Positions 23,558-27,011 of a stretch of DNA of 27,011 nt are shown piece by piece. The position numbers and the translations under genes were made by a program. The notes under the pieces were generated by a model, which saw only the letters and a program-made list of their open reading frames with translations, was not told the origin of the DNA and made no database searches. Source of the stretch: a virus. The stretch covers positions 1-27,011 of the IMG/VR virus record IMGVR_UViG_3300013947_000112. One strand, 5' to 3'. Every line of letters begins with the position of its first letter. Position 1 is the first letter of the stretch.

Positions 23558-24562
23558 ATGGCTACTACAAAAGTAAAATATCCCATATGGTATGACAGGG
23601 GTTTCACAATGCCGGAAGGTGCATATACGGTGAAAGATGACGGGGGTAATGTGATATATTCGGGCTATGTGAAGTCTCCTAATGATGATCCTGAAACGGA
23701 AATACATTTGAAATCCATCCTGATGAACCACTTGTCTCCGTATTTCACATGGAACAACAATGGATCAACTGTCAATGCTGTTACACAAAACAAGACTTTC
23801 AGCATTTACGCAGGTGAAGAGACTGAACCGAGATATGAGATGGACGTCTGGTATGACTGGTCTTATTCATATGACACCATGAATTCTATATCGACATCTG
23901 GTGGTATAGTCTCACGTCCCATCAATTTTCACTGGGATGTACGGGAACATCTCACTGTCTCATTTTTTGAAAGCACTGACCTGAACAGCTGGGTTTATCA
24001 CTATGTTGACGGAGATGGTGATCATGAAATTGAAATACCATATAGTCAGGATTATTTCATATCCACCCTTTGTATGGGAGATGCGGTTTCATCTGGCATA
24101 ACGAAATATTATATTACCAATGGGGATGCGAAGGTGATGGAATGGAAACCGGAAGATGAGAGATGTGGATATGGCGCTCTCACATATGTCAATTCTCTGG
24201 GGGGTTGGGACACATTTCTGTTTGAATATCCCATAAACAGGAAACAGGACATAGACAGGCAGGAATGGTCTACCGGCACTGACTATTTTTCACAGGACTT
24301 TGACAAACAATATTTAATAAAGTCAATATCCACAACATATTCCACTGTTACAGGATGGTTGTCGGATGAACAGTCCAGACTGATGTATGACAATCTGTTT
24401 GCATCACCCGTCATTTATTTTCAGGATTTCACCGACACTTCAAGGACACTCATCCCTGTCTATCTCACTTCAACCTCCTGGGATGAGAAGACTTTCAGGA
24501 ACGGCAGAAAACTGATACAATACGAACTCCAATTCAAGGAGAGCCACATAAAATTGAGATGA
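23558..24562 (+). CDS. Putative distal-tail (Dit-like) protein (334 aa)
   Basis: LTYVNSLGGWDTFLF..TGWLSDEQSRLMYDNLFASPVIYF resembles a tail-protein motif I recall from Bacteroidota phages. Lies adjacent to the large tip protein. Confidence 0.35.
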   Translation: MATTKVKYPIWYDRGFTMPEGAYTVKDDGGNVIYSGYVKSPNDDPETEIHLKSILMNHLSPYFTWNNNGSTVNAVTQNKTFSIYAGEETEPRYEMDVWYDWSYSYDTMNSISTSGGIVSRPINFHWDVREHLTVSFFESTDLNSWVYHYVDGDGDHEIEIPYSQDYFISTLCMGDAVSSGITKYYITNGDAKVMEWKPEDERCGYGALTYVNSLGGWDTFLFEYPINRKQDIDRQEWSTGTDYFSQDFDKQYLIKSISTTYSTVTGWLSDEQSRLMYDNLFASPVIYFQDFTDTSRTLIPVYLTSTSWDEKTFRNGRKLIQYELQFKESHIKLR

Positions 24563-24563
24563 C

Positions 24564-27011
24564 ATGAAACAGGAACTTTATATCAACAATCAAAGAGCGG
24601 ACATAAAGGATGACAGTTTGATTTTGTTCACCTATCAACAGAGTGATTACAGTGATCCCACCGCAGTGAAGAATTCATACACGAAGTCTGTCACACTCCC
24701 TGGCACAAAGAATAACTGTAAGATATTCAATGAGATATACAGGTTCGATTATCACCAGAACACCCAGACTTTCAATCCGTCAAAAAGAACACAGTTTGAA
24801 ATATATTCAAATGGAAATTTGCTTGAAAGGGGTTATTTGAAACTGACGAAGATAACTGGACAGGGAGAATACAGGGAGTTTCAGATCTCTCTCTATGGGG
24901 GTCTGGGGGATTTCATGTATAATCTGCAATATGACAGCGACGGAAACAAAATAACGTTATATGACATAGTTTCATATGACTGGGTGGATCTCGACTTCAC
25001 CATAAGCAGGAGTACGGTCAAATCCGCGTGGGACAGGATCAATGGGGACAGGACAGGATACTCAAAGTGGGATTACATCAATTTCGCACCCTGCTATAAT
25101 GGACTTCCTGAACTTGATGGTTTCGACAACAGAAAGATAGCGGTTTATTGTGGCAATTCACTTCCCGCGAAGCCGGGGGTGATGACCGACATATGGATCG
25201 GGGACATAGAACACAATTATCTTATCACTGCATCGGGGGACTACATCACATGGGCAGATGAATACGGAAACAGGTGGGGACTGATTGAAACGGGGGACGG
25301 GATGGATGAATGGGAAGTAGGTGATCACAGGTGTTGGATGCAACGTCCTGTATTTTCGATGAAGTTCCTTTTCAAGATGATAGAGAACTATTTGAAAGAA
25401 AAGGTTGAACCACGTTTCACCATGGATCTGGACAAATCATGGTTTCACGATGACAACCCATACTGGAATGACATCTGGATAACACTTCCCATGTTGTATG
25501 AGAATAATGAAGATGTGAAATCTGGAGACACCATAAACCACAAGACTTTGTTCGGCAGTTCAAAGACACCTTATGAATATCTCATCTCATATACCAAGTC
25601 ATTTTCGCTCTGGTATGATTATGATCCGTTTACAAGGACGTTGAAAATAACACCGAGATACAGTTTTTACAGTTCCGACTTGAAAGACATCTCCGGAAAG
25701 ATAGACATGTCCGATATCAAGATAACCCCATTGGCTTTCTCTTTCAGGACACTAAAATATGACTGGAAGGAGGGTGAAGACAGGATTAGCGGAGAATACA
25801 AGAAGAAGACGGGAGAAGATTATGGTGTGTACGGTATAGACACCGGATGGGAATTCGACAACTCTTCAAAGACCGTGCCGTCAAACCAGATAATGAAGAA
25901 CACGGTGGATGTGAGAAGGTCCGGACCGTATTTCTCGACATATCAGCTGGTATATGATGACAAGGTGGACAATCTTGACAGGACATATGAAATCATGCCG
26001 TCATGGTTGAAACAGAATGATATCAAATACACACTCTGGAACAAGAACAACACGGAAGACACTCTTGTTATAGGTGATCTGCATCCTGCCGTGTATGCGA
26101 AGATAACCATGACTCTCGCTTCGGCATATATGAAAAAAGGAACACAGGAAGGGGACAAGGACATGGATGGTGCAGCGAAACCGGTATTCTCCAACACCGA
26201 CAACAAATCCGTGGACGGCTCAGATGTCTTTCTTCTCTATACGGGAAAAAACACGGCACCGAGATGGGACAAGATAAGTGATTATTCCACATATGACATA
26301 GCATATAACGTGAATTACATAACCGATGACATAGAAGGTTTCGAAAATCTCACAGACGGAAAAAGATGTTGGATAAACACCGTTCTTCCGGTCTGGGCGG
26401 CAGGTGTGTGTCCATATGCGACATCGGCGGAATTCCCTAAATTCAACAGGATGCAGATAGGAAACAGAGTGGACTGGTCTCTTGATTTCGGCAAGCCCGC
26501 ACAGACCTATGTGTATCCGGATTTGGGTTATTCTGAGATCAACACCATCTCAAGGAAAACATTTCTTGATGAATATCTGGCCGATCTCTACAGTGTCGAT
26601 ACCAGACTTGTTGAGACGAAGATGAGAATTGAAGATCCGTATGCCGTCATGCACACCATGTTTTATTTCGGGGGATGCGTGTGGGTGATAAACAAGATGA
26701 CGGACTTCAACTATGAGAACAATCTCACCAAGGTTGAATTCATAAAAGTGAATGATGTCAACTCGTATGTGCTTCCTTTTCCTGATTTTGACGATGGAGA
26801 CGACGCTGAAAATCCCATAAGCCTTCGCAGTGGTTCAGGCACATATGTGATGACTTTGGATGAAAAATGTCTTGAATCCATAAACGCATATAAAATATAC
26901 AATGACAATTCATGGTTCACAGTTACATCGGGGATTTCATCAGGAGTGCCGAGCATCACAATAAAATATCAGGAGAACACCGGATTGGATGAACGGTCCG
27001 GGTATTTCACA
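24564..27011 (+). CDS. N-terminal and central part of the ~917-aa tail-tip/host-recognition protein (continues at 100..405 across the junction)
   Basis: ATG 24564 is 2 nt after the previous stop. I translated frame 3 to the window end without meeting a stop. It is absent from the ORF track only because it has no stop inside the window. Confidence 0.8.
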   Translation, partial: MKQELYINNQRADIKDDSLILFTYQQSDYSDPTAVKNSYTKSVTLPGTKNNCKIFNEIYRFDYHQNTQTFNPSKRTQFEIYSNGNLLERGYLKLTKITGQGEYREFQISLYGGLGDFMYNLQYDSDGNKITLYDIVSYDWVDLDFTISRSTVKSAWDRINGDRTGYSKWDYINFAPCYNGLPELDGFDNRKIAVYCGNSLPAKPGVMTDIWIGDIEHNYLITASGDYITWADEYGNRWGLIETGDGMDEWEVGDHRCWMQRPVFSMKFLFKMIENYLKEKVEPRFTMDLDKSWFHDDNPYWNDIWITLPMLYENNEDVKSGDTINHKTLFGSSKTPYEYLISYTKSFSLWYDYDPFTRTLKITPRYSFYSSDLKDISGKIDMSDIKITPLAFSFRTLKYDWKEGEDRISGEYKKKTGEDYGVYGIDTGWEFDNSSKTVPSNQIMKNTVDVRRSGPYFSTYQLVYDDKVDNLDRTYEIMPSWLKQNDIKYTLWNKNNTEDTLVIGDLHPAVYAKITMTLASAYMKKGTQEGDKDMDGAAKPVFSNTDNKSVDGSDVFLLYTGKNTAPRWDKISDYSTYDIAYNVNYITDDIEGFENLTDGKRCWINTVLPVWAAGVCPYATSAEFPKFNRMQIGNRVDWSLDFGKPAQTYVYPDLGYSEINTISRKTFLDEYLADLYSVDTRLVETKMRIEDPYAVMHTMFYFGGCVWVINKMTDFNYENNLTKVEFIKVNDVNSYVLPFPDFDDGDDAENPISLRSGSGTYVMTLDEKCLESINAYKIYNDNSWFTVTSGISSGVPSITIKYQENTGLDERSGYFT
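26913..27011. repeat. Second copy of the 99-bp terminal redundancy
   Basis: Identical to 1..99. Confidence 0.95.

Overview
The window is a complete, circularly closed, AT-rich tailed-phage genome of about 26.9 kb. Bases 1-99 are identical to 26913-27011, and one long tail gene reads in frame across that junction. All calls rest on manual reading and remembered family motifs; no database search was run.

Host: probably Bacteroidota. This is inferred from BACON-like and BspA/DUF285-type LRR domains, A/T-rich start contexts without Shine-Dalgarno sequences, and one exact TAnnTTTG box.

Layout: nearly all genes are on the + strand, in operons separated by clear intrinsic terminators.
- Packaging: TerS-like and TerL.
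- Tail: Dit-like, a 917-aa tip protein with two BACON-like domains, and a tape-measure-like protein.
- Head: XkdF-type protease/scaffold fusion, major capsid protein, tail-tube-like protein, portal.
- Fibres: three paralogous LRR fibre proteins, about 21% of the genome.
- Lysis: holin-like gene and M15 endolysin.
- Other: a RuvC-like resolvase, a NUMOD4/HNH endonuclease, and a sigma factor split into separate sigma2 and sigma4 ORFs.
- One minus-strand gene encodes a lipoprotein with a C-terminal TM helix (u-spanin-like topology).

I recognised no integrase, repressor, polymerase, primase, helicase or Rep.

The most unusual part is the gene-poor stretch 11927-14446. Its core, 12849-14446, has no convincing ORF. 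It contains:
- a duplicated promoter-like module driving an ORF-free, terminator-bounded unit;
- a ~260-nt element with nested long-range helices;
- two hairpin modules with the same architecture but different stem sequences;
- an AT-rich tract;
- a dense same-orientation TGTTAT/iteron field;
- 104-bp direct repeats bracketing the resolvase gene.

Two recurring upstream motif families suggest a temporal promoter code, possibly read by the phage sigma factor.
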